DNA from: Deltaproteobacteria bacterium
Lineage (GTDB): Bacteria; Myxococcota_A; UBA9160; SMWR01
Direction of reading: 5' to 3'
Length of the DNA stretch: 15,789 bases
Assembly (NCBI GenBank): GCA_032128115.1
Contig: JAQBHB010000038.1
Location: 1 to 15,789 of the forward strand
The notes beneath the pieces are model-generated. The model worked only from the letters and a program-made list of their open reading frames with translations, did no database searches and was not told where the DNA came from. The position numbers and the translations under genes were made by a program. This document shows positions 1 through 7,503 of this stretch, piece by piece (the stretch's first letter is position 1; the number at the start of each line of letters is the position of its first letter).

Positions 1-82
1 ACTCGACGCGGGCGAGATCGAGACCCTCACCCGCGCAGGAATCATCGGCACCCGCCCCCCGGGATCGCGGGGACGGGGTTGA
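1..82 (+). CDS. 3' end of a CDS entering the window; probably a CoA-transferase family III (CaiB/BaiF) protein
   Basis: The frame starting at position 2 reads LDAGEIETLTRAGIIGTRPPGSRGRG, stop TGA at 80-82. The pattern LxxxEIxxLxxxGII is the typical C-terminal tail of family III CoA transferases. Only 26 codons are visible. Confidence 0.5.
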   Translation, partial: LDAGEIETLTRAGIIGTRPPGSRGRG

Positions 83-155
83 CTATTCACTTTTCCAAGA
101 TGCTCCCCGCACATTGACGACCGCGCGTAAATGTAAATAGACAACCCCGTCCCCG
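68..155. repeat. 88-bp inverted-repeat element (MITE/REP-like, or bidirectional terminator) between convergent genes
   Basis: Left arm 68-94 CGGGGACGGGGTTGACTATTCACTTTT versus the reverse complement of 129-155, CGGGGACGGGGTTGTCTATTTACATTT: 24/27 match, first 14 nt perfect, 34-nt spacer. Confidence 0.8.
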
Positions 156-157
156 TC

Positions 158-625
158 CTACATGCCTCCACCGGACAGCTTGCGGTGGTCCCAGCTCACG
201 ACCTTTTCCAGGCGCACCACGACGCCGGTGCGCTTGGCCGCCATCTGCTTCGCCACGCCGTCGAGCTGATCCCGGGTGAGCTCCGGCTGGTTGCGGGCCA
301 TCACCTCGAGGGCCAGCTTGTGCACCGCGTCGCGCTCGGTCACCAACTCGGCCTTGGCGTTGATGGTGACACCGCGCAGCTGGTCGTAGGTCTCCCCCGC
401 CTCCACCAGCACCGCGATCCGGGGATCGCGTTCCAGATTCCTGATCTTCTGCGACTTCGTGTAGGTCTCGAACACCAGCGCCCGGTCCACGATGGCGAAC
501 CACAGGGTCGTCAGGTGCGGGCTGCCGTCCTTGTTGAGGGTGGCCACCTGCAGGCTCTTCTGGTCTTCGATCAATTGCCAGATTTCGTCCTCGGACATCC
601 GGATCTGGTCGCGGCGTTTCGGCAC
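158..625 (-). CDS. PPOX-class split beta-barrel flavin/deazaflavin (probably F420) oxidoreductase, Rv2991-like
   Basis: 155 aa. Motifs VATLNKDGSPHL, WF, KSQKIRNLERDPRI, GETYDQLRGV and SWDHRKL match my recall of M. tuberculosis Rv2991. GAGGAG Shine-Dalgarno (SD) upstream of GTG at 625. Confidence 0.85.
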   Translation of the reverse strand: MPKRRDQIRMSEDEIWQLIEDQKSLQVATLNKDGSPHLTTLWFAIVDRALVFETYTKSQKIRNLERDPRIAVLVEAGETYDQLRGVTINAKAELVTERDAVHKLALEVMARNQPELTRDQLDGVAKQMAAKRTGVVVRLEKVVSWDHRKLSGGGM

Positions 626-635
626 GGTGGTCTCC

Positions 636-1679
636 TCAGTTGAGCGTCGATGTGCGGGCGAGCTCCGCGGCTCGGCGCCCCATATCGAGCACGATGGGCC
701 CGAAGGCCTCCATCTTGGGGTTGTCGGCGCCGCCCTTCAGGTAGCGCGCGTAGCCGCCTTCGAGCACGCAGGCCATCTTGAAGCGGGCCAACACCAGGTA
801 ATAGTCCATTTCGTCCACCGGAAGCCCGCTGCGGCTGGCGTAGCGATGCATCAGCTCGTCGCGGGATGGCATGCCGGTGTAATCGATGTAGCCCAGGTCA
901 CTCGAGGCCTCGCCGGGGTCGACCCATCCCATGAGCACCCAGGCCAGGTCGAGGAGCGGATCCCCCACTGTGGCCATCTCCCAGTCGACCACGGCCGCCA
1001 TCCGGGCCGGGGCTCCGTGGTGGAACATCACGTTCGCGAACTGGTAATCACCGTGGATGATGCCCGGCGCGAACGTCGCTGGTGTGTGCTTCCGCAGCCA
1101 GGTTCCGGCTTCGTCGAGTCCGGGAATCTCCCGGAACTGGAACTGCGACAGGTGGTGCAGCCAGCGATCCACCTGGCGATCCAGGAAACCCTCGGGCTTT
1201 CCAAAGCCCTCGAGCCCCGCCGCGCGCCAGTCGACCCGGCCCAGGGTGGCGATGGCGTCCACCAGCTCGAAGGCCAGGCCCCTCTTCGCGTCCGGATCCG
1301 AAGCGAAGGGCTCCGGCAGCTCGCCCATGGGCGTCCAGCCGTCTACAAAGTCCATTACATAGAAGCAGGCGCCAAGCACGTCCGGGTCTTCGCACACGCC
1401 GTGCGTCCGGGCGTGGGGCACGCCGCTGTCGGTCAGGGCCGCCAATACCCTGTACTCCCGAAGCATGGTCCGGTTGCGCCCCTCGGGCACCACGCGCGGG
1501 GGCCGACGCAGCACCATGCGATGGCCGCCGCGCTGCAGCTCGAAGATCTCGTTGGAGGCGCCACCGGCAACGGCGCGGATCTCCAGCGCCTCGCCCGCGC
1601 CGGGCAGCCGCTGCTCGTCCATCCAGCGCTCGAGCCGGCTGGCGTCGATCAGGCCCTGGTGTTGCGCCTCCCGCCCCAA
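636..1679 (-). CDS. APH-family phosphotransferase (ACAD10/11 N-terminal kinase-like)
   Basis: GGASN P-loop-like segment, VLRRPP, REYRVL, FYVMDFVDG, Brenner motif IIHGDYQFANVMF, and DWEMATVGDPLLDL. Start uncertain: TTG 1679 (3 nt after the upstream stop) or ATG 1622. Confidence 0.88.
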   Translation of the reverse strand: MGREAQHQGLIDASRLERWMDEQRLPGAGEALEIRAVAGGASNEIFELQRGGHRMVLRRPPRVVPEGRNRTMLREYRVLAALTDSGVPHARTHGVCEDPDVLGACFYVMDFVDGWTPMGELPEPFASDPDAKRGLAFELVDAIATLGRVDWRAAGLEGFGKPEGFLDRQVDRWLHHLSQFQFREIPGLDEAGTWLRKHTPATFAPGIIHGDYQFANVMFHHGAPARMAAVVDWEMATVGDPLLDLAWVLMGWVDPGEASSDLGYIDYTGMPSRDELMHRYASRSGLPVDEMDYYLVLARFKMACVLEGGYARYLKGGADNPKMEAFGPIVLDMGRRAAELARTSTLN

Positions 1680-1682
1680 GGC

Positions 1683-2483
1683 TCAGTCCCCCCCGGCAAG
1701 ACTCTTGAACAGGGGCACCAGATTCGGGCCCTTGCGCAGGGTGTGCCCGCCGTTCACCCCGAAGAGCTCTCCGGTGACCCAGCTCGCCTCATCGGAAAGC
1801 AGGAAGGCGACACACGCGGCCACGTCCTCCGGCTCGCCGATGCGCGAGATGGGCATATGACTCAGATACTCGTTCCGGGATATCTCGTTGTCCGCCAGCA
1901 TGCTGGCCATGGGCGTGCGCACCACGCCGGGCAGCACCGAGTTGACCCGGATCCCGAGCTCGCCAAGCTCGTCGGCGGCACATCGGGTCAGCATGTCGAG
2001 CCCCGCCTTGGACACGCAATAGGGGCTCATCCACGGATGGGTGAGAAGCGCGGCGATGGAACTCACGTTGACGATGCTGCCTCCGCCGGCCTCCACCATG
2101 GCCCGGGCCTCTTCGCGCAGACAACGGAAGGCACCCGTGAGGTTGGTATCCATCACCCGCTGGAACTCCTCAGTGGGTACGTCGAGCAGCGGCCCGGCCG
2201 TGCCGGTTCCCGCGGAGTTGACCGCCAGGCGCAGGGGCCCCAGGCGATCGACGGTGGCGGCGACAGCGTCCACCACCGACTTCTCGTCGCTCACATCGCA
2301 GACGATCCACGAGGCGTCGGGGCCGAGGATTTCCGCCGCCTCGCGCAACGTGTCCTCGCGCCGGGCGCAGATCATCACGCGCCCGCCCCCCTCGACGATG
2401 GCGCGAGCACAGCCAAGGCCGATCCCCGTGGCGCCCGCCGTGACGATCCCCACCTTGCCCTGAAAACGGCCCGCGTCGCCCAC
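1683..2483 (-). CDS. Short-chain dehydrogenase/reductase (classical SDR)
   Basis: Rossmann motif TAGATGIG (first Gly replaced by Ala), ARR (NADP(H)-type basic residues), VNSAG, NVSS, catalytic YCVSK, IRVNSVLPG. GGGAGG SD upstream of GTG 2483. Confidence 0.92.
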   Translation of the reverse strand: MGDAGRFQGKVGIVTAGATGIGLGCARAIVEGGGRVMICARREDTLREAAEILGPDASWIVCDVSDEKSVVDAVAATVDRLGPLRLAVNSAGTGTAGPLLDVPTEEFQRVMDTNLTGAFRCLREEARAMVEAGGGSIVNVSSIAALLTHPWMSPYCVSKAGLDMLTRCAADELGELGIRVNSVLPGVVRTPMASMLADNEISRNEYLSHMPISRIGEPEDVAACVAFLLSDEASWVTGELFGVNGGHTLRKGPNLVPLFKSLAGGD

Positions 2484-2502
2484 CTTGCACCCTCCCTGTC
2501 GG

Positions 2503-2546
2503 ATTTCAGTCGGTTTTCAGTCGGCTTTCAGTTGGTTTCCAGTTTC
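2503..2546. repeat. Tandem 11-bp direct repeats in the LLM-SDR intergenic region
   Basis: Units ATTTCAGTCGG (2503-2513), TTTTCAGTCGG (2514-2524), CTTTCAGTTGG (2525-2535) and the degenerate TTTCCAGTTTC (2536-2546). Confidence 0.75.
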
Positions 2547-2555
2547 GGAGGTTCT

Positions 2556-3536
2556 TCAGCTGCGGAGCGCCGGCAGCACCCGCGATTCCACCAGCCGCAG
2601 GCACTCCCAGGAAAATTCCGGATCGAGTCCACCCATCAGCGGGTGGAGCATCACCATGTCCATGGGACCCATGGCCCGGGCGCGCTCCACCACCTGCTCC
2701 GGTGTCCACACCCGATATTCGCCCGAGGCGCGCAACTCATCCGGATCGTCTACCTGGCGGTAGGGCCCGGTAGCGCCCGACTCCCGGATCCAACGCGCGT
2801 AGGCGTTGGTCTCGTGCAGGGCGCGCGGGGCGATCCGCTCCCAGGCCGCGTCCGGATCCTCGGCCACGAACAGGAAGTTCCCGGTGGTCTCGGGCAGCGG
2901 TCCGGGATCGGGCTTGCCCAGGCGCAGGCGCTCGGCGCGAAACGCCTCGAACAGCGCCGGTACGGTGGGAATGAAGTGGTCGGCGTGGCGCGCGGCGCGG
3001 CGCGCTGCGGCCTTCGAGGCCCCGCCCATGAAGACCGGCGGGCACGGCTTCTGCACCGGTCGCGGCGTGACCCGCACCCGGGCACCGCGGTACTCGAAGG
3101 GCTCACCGGTCCAGGCCTTCCGCAGCAACGGCACGATCTCCTCCATGAGCTTCGCGCGCTCCTCCAGCTTTCGGCCGAAGGTGGCGAACTCCGAGGCCAC
3201 ATAGCCGCCGCTCACCACGGGAATCACCCGGCCATTGCTGATCACATCGAGCATGGCCACGTCTTCCGCAAGGCGGATCGGGTCATGCAGGGGTGCGATC
3301 AGGGCCGCCAGCAAGAGACGCAGGCCGTGGGTGCGGGCGGCCACCGCGGCGCCAAAGACCAGGGGTGACGGCAGGTAGCCATCCGGCGACCCGTGGTGCT
3401 CCGAGAGCGTTACCGTTGCAAAGCCCTGGCGGTCGGCCCACTCGCATTGGTCCAGCGCCGTCTGCACCAGCTCGGCCGACGACGCCTTGGCGAAATCGGG
3501 CCGGCGGAAATCGTAACGGAGTCCGAAGAGCGCCAC
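2556..3536 (-). CDS. Luciferase-like monooxygenase (LLM) class flavin/F420-dependent oxidoreductase
   Basis: LSEHHGSPDGYLPSP, AVAART, APLHDPIRLAEDVAMLDVISNGR, PRPVQKPCPPVFMGG, AARRAARHAD. Start set to GTG 3536 behind a GGAGG SD (ATG 3548 is an alternative). The ORF-track extension to 3794 overlaps the TetR gene. Confidence 0.88.
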   Translation of the reverse strand: MALFGLRYDFRRPDFAKASSAELVQTALDQCEWADRQGFATVTLSEHHGSPDGYLPSPLVFGAAVAARTHGLRLLLAALIAPLHDPIRLAEDVAMLDVISNGRVIPVVSGGYVASEFATFGRKLEERAKLMEEIVPLLRKAWTGEPFEYRGARVRVTPRPVQKPCPPVFMGGASKAAARRAARHADHFIPTVPALFEAFRAERLRLGKPDPGPLPETTGNFLFVAEDPDAAWERIAPRALHETNAYARWIRESGATGPYRQVDDPDELRASGEYRVWTPEQVVERARAMGPMDMVMLHPLMGGLDPEFSWECLRLVESRVLPALRS

Positions 3537-3592
3537 GCCGCCCTCCATACTAGACCTGCCGAGCGGGTCGGGGAAGCGATTCCGACACGGGA

Positions 3593-4228
3593 TCAATCCG
3601 CGCGTGAGAGCTCGCGCATCAGGGTATCCACGAGCCACTCGAGTTCCGGCGATCGGGCGACCGCACCGGTTCCCTCCAGCATCTGCAACGACGCCAGGCC
3701 GGAGAGAACCGAAATCGCGTAACGCTCGATCCGCAGCTGCTTGGCCCGGGAAATCGGTGCATCGTGGAACCAACGCATCCAGACCCGATCCCACGCCGTA
3801 AACATCTCCTCCTGCCAGTTCGAGCTGCCACTGTCCTGCCTACCGAGCTCGTTCAGCAGGATCTCGAAGGTGGAGCGAAACTCGGAGCTACCGAAATGCG
3901 CCCAGGCGCGGTCGACGAAGAGCGACGCGCGTTCGCCGAGCGGGGCGTTGGCGGGCCAATCCTGCAGGCGCGCCGCGAACCGGCCGAACGAGTCTTCCAA
4001 CACCGCGCTCAGGATGCCATCCTTGCCGCCGAAGTGATGCTGCGCCGCTCCCCACGTGACCTCCGCGCGGCGCGCGATCTCCGCGGCAGTGGTGCGCTGG
4101 AAACCCACCTCGGCCACGCTCTCGCGCACCGCCGCGATGATGCGCGAGCGGGTCTGCGCCGAGCGTTCGGCATGAGAGCGCCGTTCGCGCGTGCCGGAGC
4201 GAAATCGGATACGGCGAGTCTCGGTCAC
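3593..4228 (-). CDS. TetR/AcrR-family transcriptional regulator, divergent from the P450 pair
   Basis: N-terminal HTH: RSHAERSAQTRSRIIAAVRESVAEVGFQRTTAAEIARRAEVTWGAAQHHFGGKDGIL. Confidence 0.9.
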   Translation of the reverse strand: MTETRRIRFRSGTRERRSHAERSAQTRSRIIAAVRESVAEVGFQRTTAAEIARRAEVTWGAAQHHFGGKDGILSAVLEDSFGRFAARLQDWPANAPLGERASLFVDRAWAHFGSSEFRSTFEILLNELGRQDSGSSNWQEEMFTAWDRVWMRWFHDAPISRAKQLRIERYAISVLSGLASLQMLEGTGAVARSPELEWLVDTLMRELSRAD

Positions 4229-4277
4229 GAAGCTGCCTCGAGCGACAGAAGAGGGCCAGTTCTCCCTTCTGTCCGCG

Positions 4278-4305
4278 AACTTACGTGATTTTACATTGTG
4301 CGCAA
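4278..4305 (-). promoter_or_regulatory. Putative sigma70-type promoter for tetR
   Basis: Minus strand TTGCGC (4305-4300), 16-nt spacer, TAAGTT (4283-4278). Confidence 0.45.
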
Positions 4306-4311
4306 TATGTA
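4292..4311. promoter_or_regulatory. Putative TetR operator palindrome
   Basis: TACATtgTGC|GCAatATGTA, 8 of 10 dyad pairs, in an AT-rich island between the divergent tetR and P450 genes. Confidence 0.7.
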
Positions 4312-4324
4312 TATCGTCTAGTCT
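4296..4324 (+). promoter_or_regulatory. Putative sigma70-type promoter for the P450 pair
   Basis: TTGTGC (4296-4301), 17-nt spacer, TAGTCT (4319-4324), then GGGAGG SD at 4337-4342 and GTG at 4350. Confidence 0.55.
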
Positions 4325-4349
4325 GGCATCCCCTGTGGGAGGCGTTGCC

Positions 4350-5549
4350 GTGGTCCCTGCCGAGCCCCGCTTCGATCCCTACGACTGGGAGACCCACGAG
4401 GATCCCTACCCGGTCTACCGCGCGCTGCGTGAACGGGCGCCCGCCTACTACAACGAAGAACTCGACTTCTGGGCGCTCTCGCGTCACGCCGATGTGCTGG
4501 CCGCCTTCCGCGATTGCGAGTGCTACTCGAACGCCCGGGGCGTGGCACTCGAAACCGACGTAGACGCCGAGGCGGTGATGTCGTTCCTGGGCATGGATCC
4601 GCCCCGCCACGGCCCGCTCCGCGCACTCGTCTCCCGCGGTTTCACACCGCGTCGCGTCTCGAATCTGGAGCCCCAGATCCGGGCATTGGCGACCCAATAC
4701 ATCGACGCCTTCATCGAATCCGGTGAGGCAGACTTCATCGACGGCTTCGCCGGGCGCCTGCCCATGGACGTGGTCAGCGAGATGGTGGGAGTGCCGCGGG
4801 ACGATCGCACGCAGTTGCGAACGTGGGCTGACTGCGTGGTGCATCGGGAGGCCGGGCGTCCGGAGGTTCCCCCGGCCGGGCTCGAGGCCGCCGCCCGGCT
4901 GTTGGGTTACTTCGCGAATCACGTGGCGGGGCGCCGTGCGTGCCGTGGTGCAGACCTCACCGATGCCCTGATCGCGGCCGAACTCGACGGCAAGCGGCTG
5001 GAAGACCGGGAGATCGTCGCGTTCCTGTTCCTCATGATCATCGCCGGCAACGAGACCACCACGAAGCTGTTGGGCAACGCCCTGTACTGGCTGGAGAAGA
5101 ACCCGGAGCAACGCGAGAAGGTGCTGGCCGACCGCACTCTCGCCGAGCCCTGGGCCGAAGAGACCCTCCGCTACGACCCCTCTTCCCAGCTGATCGCCCG
5201 CACCCTAACCCGCGATGTGGAGATCCACGGCCGCAAGATGCCGTCCGGCGCGAAGGTGGCCCTGCTGATCGGCGCCGCCAATCGCGACGAGCGTGCGTTC
5301 GAGCGCCCGGACAGCTTCGACGTGACGCGGAGCACCGCCAACTCGCTGGCCTTCGGGAACGGAACCCACTTCTGCCTGGGCGCCTCGCTGGCCCGCCTCG
5401 AGGCGCGTGTCTCGCTGGAGGAGATCCTACTGCGGCTCCCGGACTTCCAGGTCCGCAGCGAGGGCATCGAGCGTGTGCACTCCAGCAACGTGAGGGGTTT
5501 TTCCGCGCTTCCCATCCACTTCACGCCGGGCGCCCCTCGAGGCGGCTGA
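4350..5549 (+). CDS. cyp123: Cytochrome P450, CYP123-like
   Basis: DPYDWETHEDPYPVY, FAGRLPMDV, I-helix AFLFLMIIAGNETTTKLL, ExxR (EETLRYDPSSQ), heme motif FGNGTHFCLG and C-terminal RVHSSNVRGF, all close to my recall of M. tuberculosis CYP123 (Rv0766c). GTG 4350 has a GGGAGG SD 7 nt upstream. Confidence 0.9.
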   Translation: MVPAEPRFDPYDWETHEDPYPVYRALRERAPAYYNEELDFWALSRHADVLAAFRDCECYSNARGVALETDVDAEAVMSFLGMDPPRHGPLRALVSRGFTPRRVSNLEPQIRALATQYIDAFIESGEADFIDGFAGRLPMDVVSEMVGVPRDDRTQLRTWADCVVHREAGRPEVPPAGLEAAARLLGYFANHVAGRRACRGADLTDALIAAELDGKRLEDREIVAFLFLMIIAGNETTTKLLGNALYWLEKNPEQREKVLADRTLAEPWAEETLRYDPSSQLIARTLTRDVEIHGRKMPSGAKVALLIGAANRDERAFERPDSFDVTRSTANSLAFGNGTHFCLGASLARLEARVSLEEILLRLPDFQVRSEGIERVHSSNVRGFSALPIHFTPGAPRGG

Positions 5550-6733
5550 CCCTGGAATACGACCCCTACTCGTACGAGATCGACCTGGATCCGTATCCCG
5601 TGTACCGCTGGATGCGCGACGAAGCGCCGGTCTACTACAACGAGCGTCTCGACTTCTGGGCGCTCTCGCGCTTCGACGACTGCCTGGCGGCCTTCATCGA
5701 CTGGCAGACGTTCAGCTCGGCACGCGGCACGGTGCTCGAGCTGATGGACAAGCCGCTCCCCGGCCCGCTCATCATCTTCATGGATCCCCCCCGACAGACG
5801 CGCCTGCGCAACCTGGTGAGCAAGGCCTTTACCCCGCGGCGCATCGCCGAACTCGAGCCGCGGATCCGCGAGATCGCCGCAACCCATCTCGACCGCATCG
5901 TCGGCAAACCGCGCTGCGACATCGTGCGCGAGTTCACGGCGAAGCTCCCCATGGACGTGATCAGCACCCTGCTGGGCATTCCCGAGGCGGACCGGGATGC
6001 CGTGCGCGGACTCTCCAACGACCTGCTGCACCGCGATCCGGGCAACCCCAATCCGCCGAGAACCGCCATCCAGGCCATGGGCAGGCTGATGGAGTACTTC
6101 ACCGCTGCGGTCGAGGAGCGGAAGCGGGCGCCACGCGATGACATGATGTCGCTGTTGATTGCGGCCGAGGTGCCGAACGAGGACGGGACTCCCACCCGGC
6201 TCAGCGACATCGAGATCTATTCGTTCTTCAACCTGCTGGCCACGGCGGGCAACGAGACGGTGACGAAGCTCCTGGCCACCACGTTCTACTGGCTCTGGCG
6301 CTTCCCCGACCAGAGAAAGCAGATCGTCGCGGATCCGGGCGTGATTCCCGGCGCGGCCGAAGAATCCCTGCGCTACGACTCGCCCACCCAGTACCAGGGG
6401 CGCACGCTGACCCGAGACGTCACGCTCCACGGCACGACCCTGCCCGCGAACGCCCGGGTGCTCCTGATCAACGCGGCGGCGTGTCGCGACGGGCGGCGCT
6501 TCCCCGATCCGGACCGCTTCGACCTCACCCGCGAGATCGACCTGCAGCTCAACTTCGGCTACGGCCGCCACGTGTGTCTGGGCAAGAGCCTGGCACGACT
6601 GGAAACCCGGATCGCCCTGGAGGAATTCTCACGTCGGTTCCCGGACTACGAAGTGGACGAGTCCGGAATCGAGCGATTCCACTCGAGCAACGTGCGCGGA
6701 TTCACCGGGTTGCCGCTGGAGTTCCCGGCCTGA
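5546..6733 (+). CDS. Second cytochrome P450, CYP123-related paralogue
   Basis: YDPYSYEIDLDPYPVY, AKLPMDVI, LATAGNETVTKLL, EESLRYDSP, heme motif FGYGRHVCLG, HSSNVRGF. Homology to the upstream P450 begins right at the upstream stop. Best start is CTG 5546 in a CTGA overlap; alternatives are GTG 5600 and ATG 5612. Confidence 0.88.
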   Translation: MTLEYDPYSYEIDLDPYPVYRWMRDEAPVYYNERLDFWALSRFDDCLAAFIDWQTFSSARGTVLELMDKPLPGPLIIFMDPPRQTRLRNLVSKAFTPRRIAELEPRIREIAATHLDRIVGKPRCDIVREFTAKLPMDVISTLLGIPEADRDAVRGLSNDLLHRDPGNPNPPRTAIQAMGRLMEYFTAAVEERKRAPRDDMMSLLIAAEVPNEDGTPTRLSDIEIYSFFNLLATAGNETVTKLLATTFYWLWRFPDQRKQIVADPGVIPGAAEESLRYDSPTQYQGRTLTRDVTLHGTTLPANARVLLINAAACRDGRRFPDPDRFDLTREIDLQLNFGYGRHVCLGKSLARLETRIALEEFSRRFPDYEVDESGIERFHSSNVRGFTGLPLEFPA

Positions 6734-6752
6734 TTCCGTGGTGCGCGGCCGC

Positions 6753-7499
6753 TCAGGGCTTGTAGCGGGGCACTACGCTGCTGACCGGGACCGCCTCTTC
6801 GCTGGCCAGCAGATCGGCCAGGTGGCGTCCCACCGACTCGGGAAGCATGGCGCGGCCGAACATCAGGCCCCGATCGATCCACTCGCGCACCTGGTCGCCC
6901 CCCCGGTCCGGGTCCCAGCCAACACCCATCTCGGTGGCGCCCGTATCGCCAACACTCACCCGGGTGAAGGCGATCTCGTGGTGCTCCTCCTGCCAGACCT
7001 GGATCATCTTGTCGAGCGCGGCCTTGGTGGTGATGTAGAGGCCGAGGCCGCGCCGGGGCGGATGGTCGTTGGCGGCAATCGACGACACGTAGACGGCGCG
7101 TCCGCCACTGGCACTGGCCGCCAGGTGTGGCAGCGCCGCGCGAGTGATCAAGGCAGCGCCCACGAGGTTCACCTCGACGGCCCGTCGCCAATCCTCGGCG
7201 TCCGCCTCCGCGAGCCGTCGGAACGGAGCCACTCCCGTCACGTAGACCAGCGCGTCGAGGCCGCCGAGCCCCTCGACCGCCTGGGCCACCCCCTCCGCGC
7301 ACGCCGCGGCATCGCGGACGTCGAAGGGCGTCACCAGTGCGCCACCGGGGATCCGCTGGCAGACCTCCTCCAGCCGGTCGCGGCGGCGGGCCGCCAGGGC
7401 CACCCGCGCCCCCTCCCGGCCCAGCACCAGGGCCGTGGCCGCGCCGATGCCCGATGAGGCGCCCACCAGCAGGATGCGTCTGTCCGAGAGTCTCTTCAC
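6753..7499 (-). CDS. Short-chain dehydrogenase/reductase (SDR)
   Basis: VGASSGIG Rossmann motif, LAARR, VNLVG, YVSS, catalytic YITTK. Last gene of the cyp51 operon, 4 nt after the upstream stop. Confidence 0.88.
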   Translation of the reverse strand: MKRLSDRRILLVGASSGIGAATALVLGREGARVALAARRRDRLEEVCQRIPGGALVTPFDVRDAAACAEGVAQAVEGLGGLDALVYVTGVAPFRRLAEADAEDWRRAVEVNLVGAALITRAALPHLAASASGGRAVYVSSIAANDHPPRRGLGLYITTKAALDKMIQVWQEEHHEIAFTRVSVGDTGATEMGVGWDPDRGGDQVREWIDRGLMFGRAMLPESVGRHLADLLASEEAVPVSSVVPRYKP

Positions 7500-7503
7500 G
7501 CGA

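Noticed and set aside
2503..2546. Possible CRISPR or iteron array
   Set aside because: Units are 11 bp with no unique spacers, and there is no cas or rep gene nearby.
492..3368. 958-aa plus-strand ORF
   Set aside because: Antisense shadow of four well-supported minus-strand genes, with no recognisable motifs. Long stop-free antisense frames are expected in GC-rich DNA.
4940..5545. Long N-terminal extension of the second P450
   Set aside because: Out-of-frame overlap with the first P450 and not protein-like. Homology begins at about 5546.
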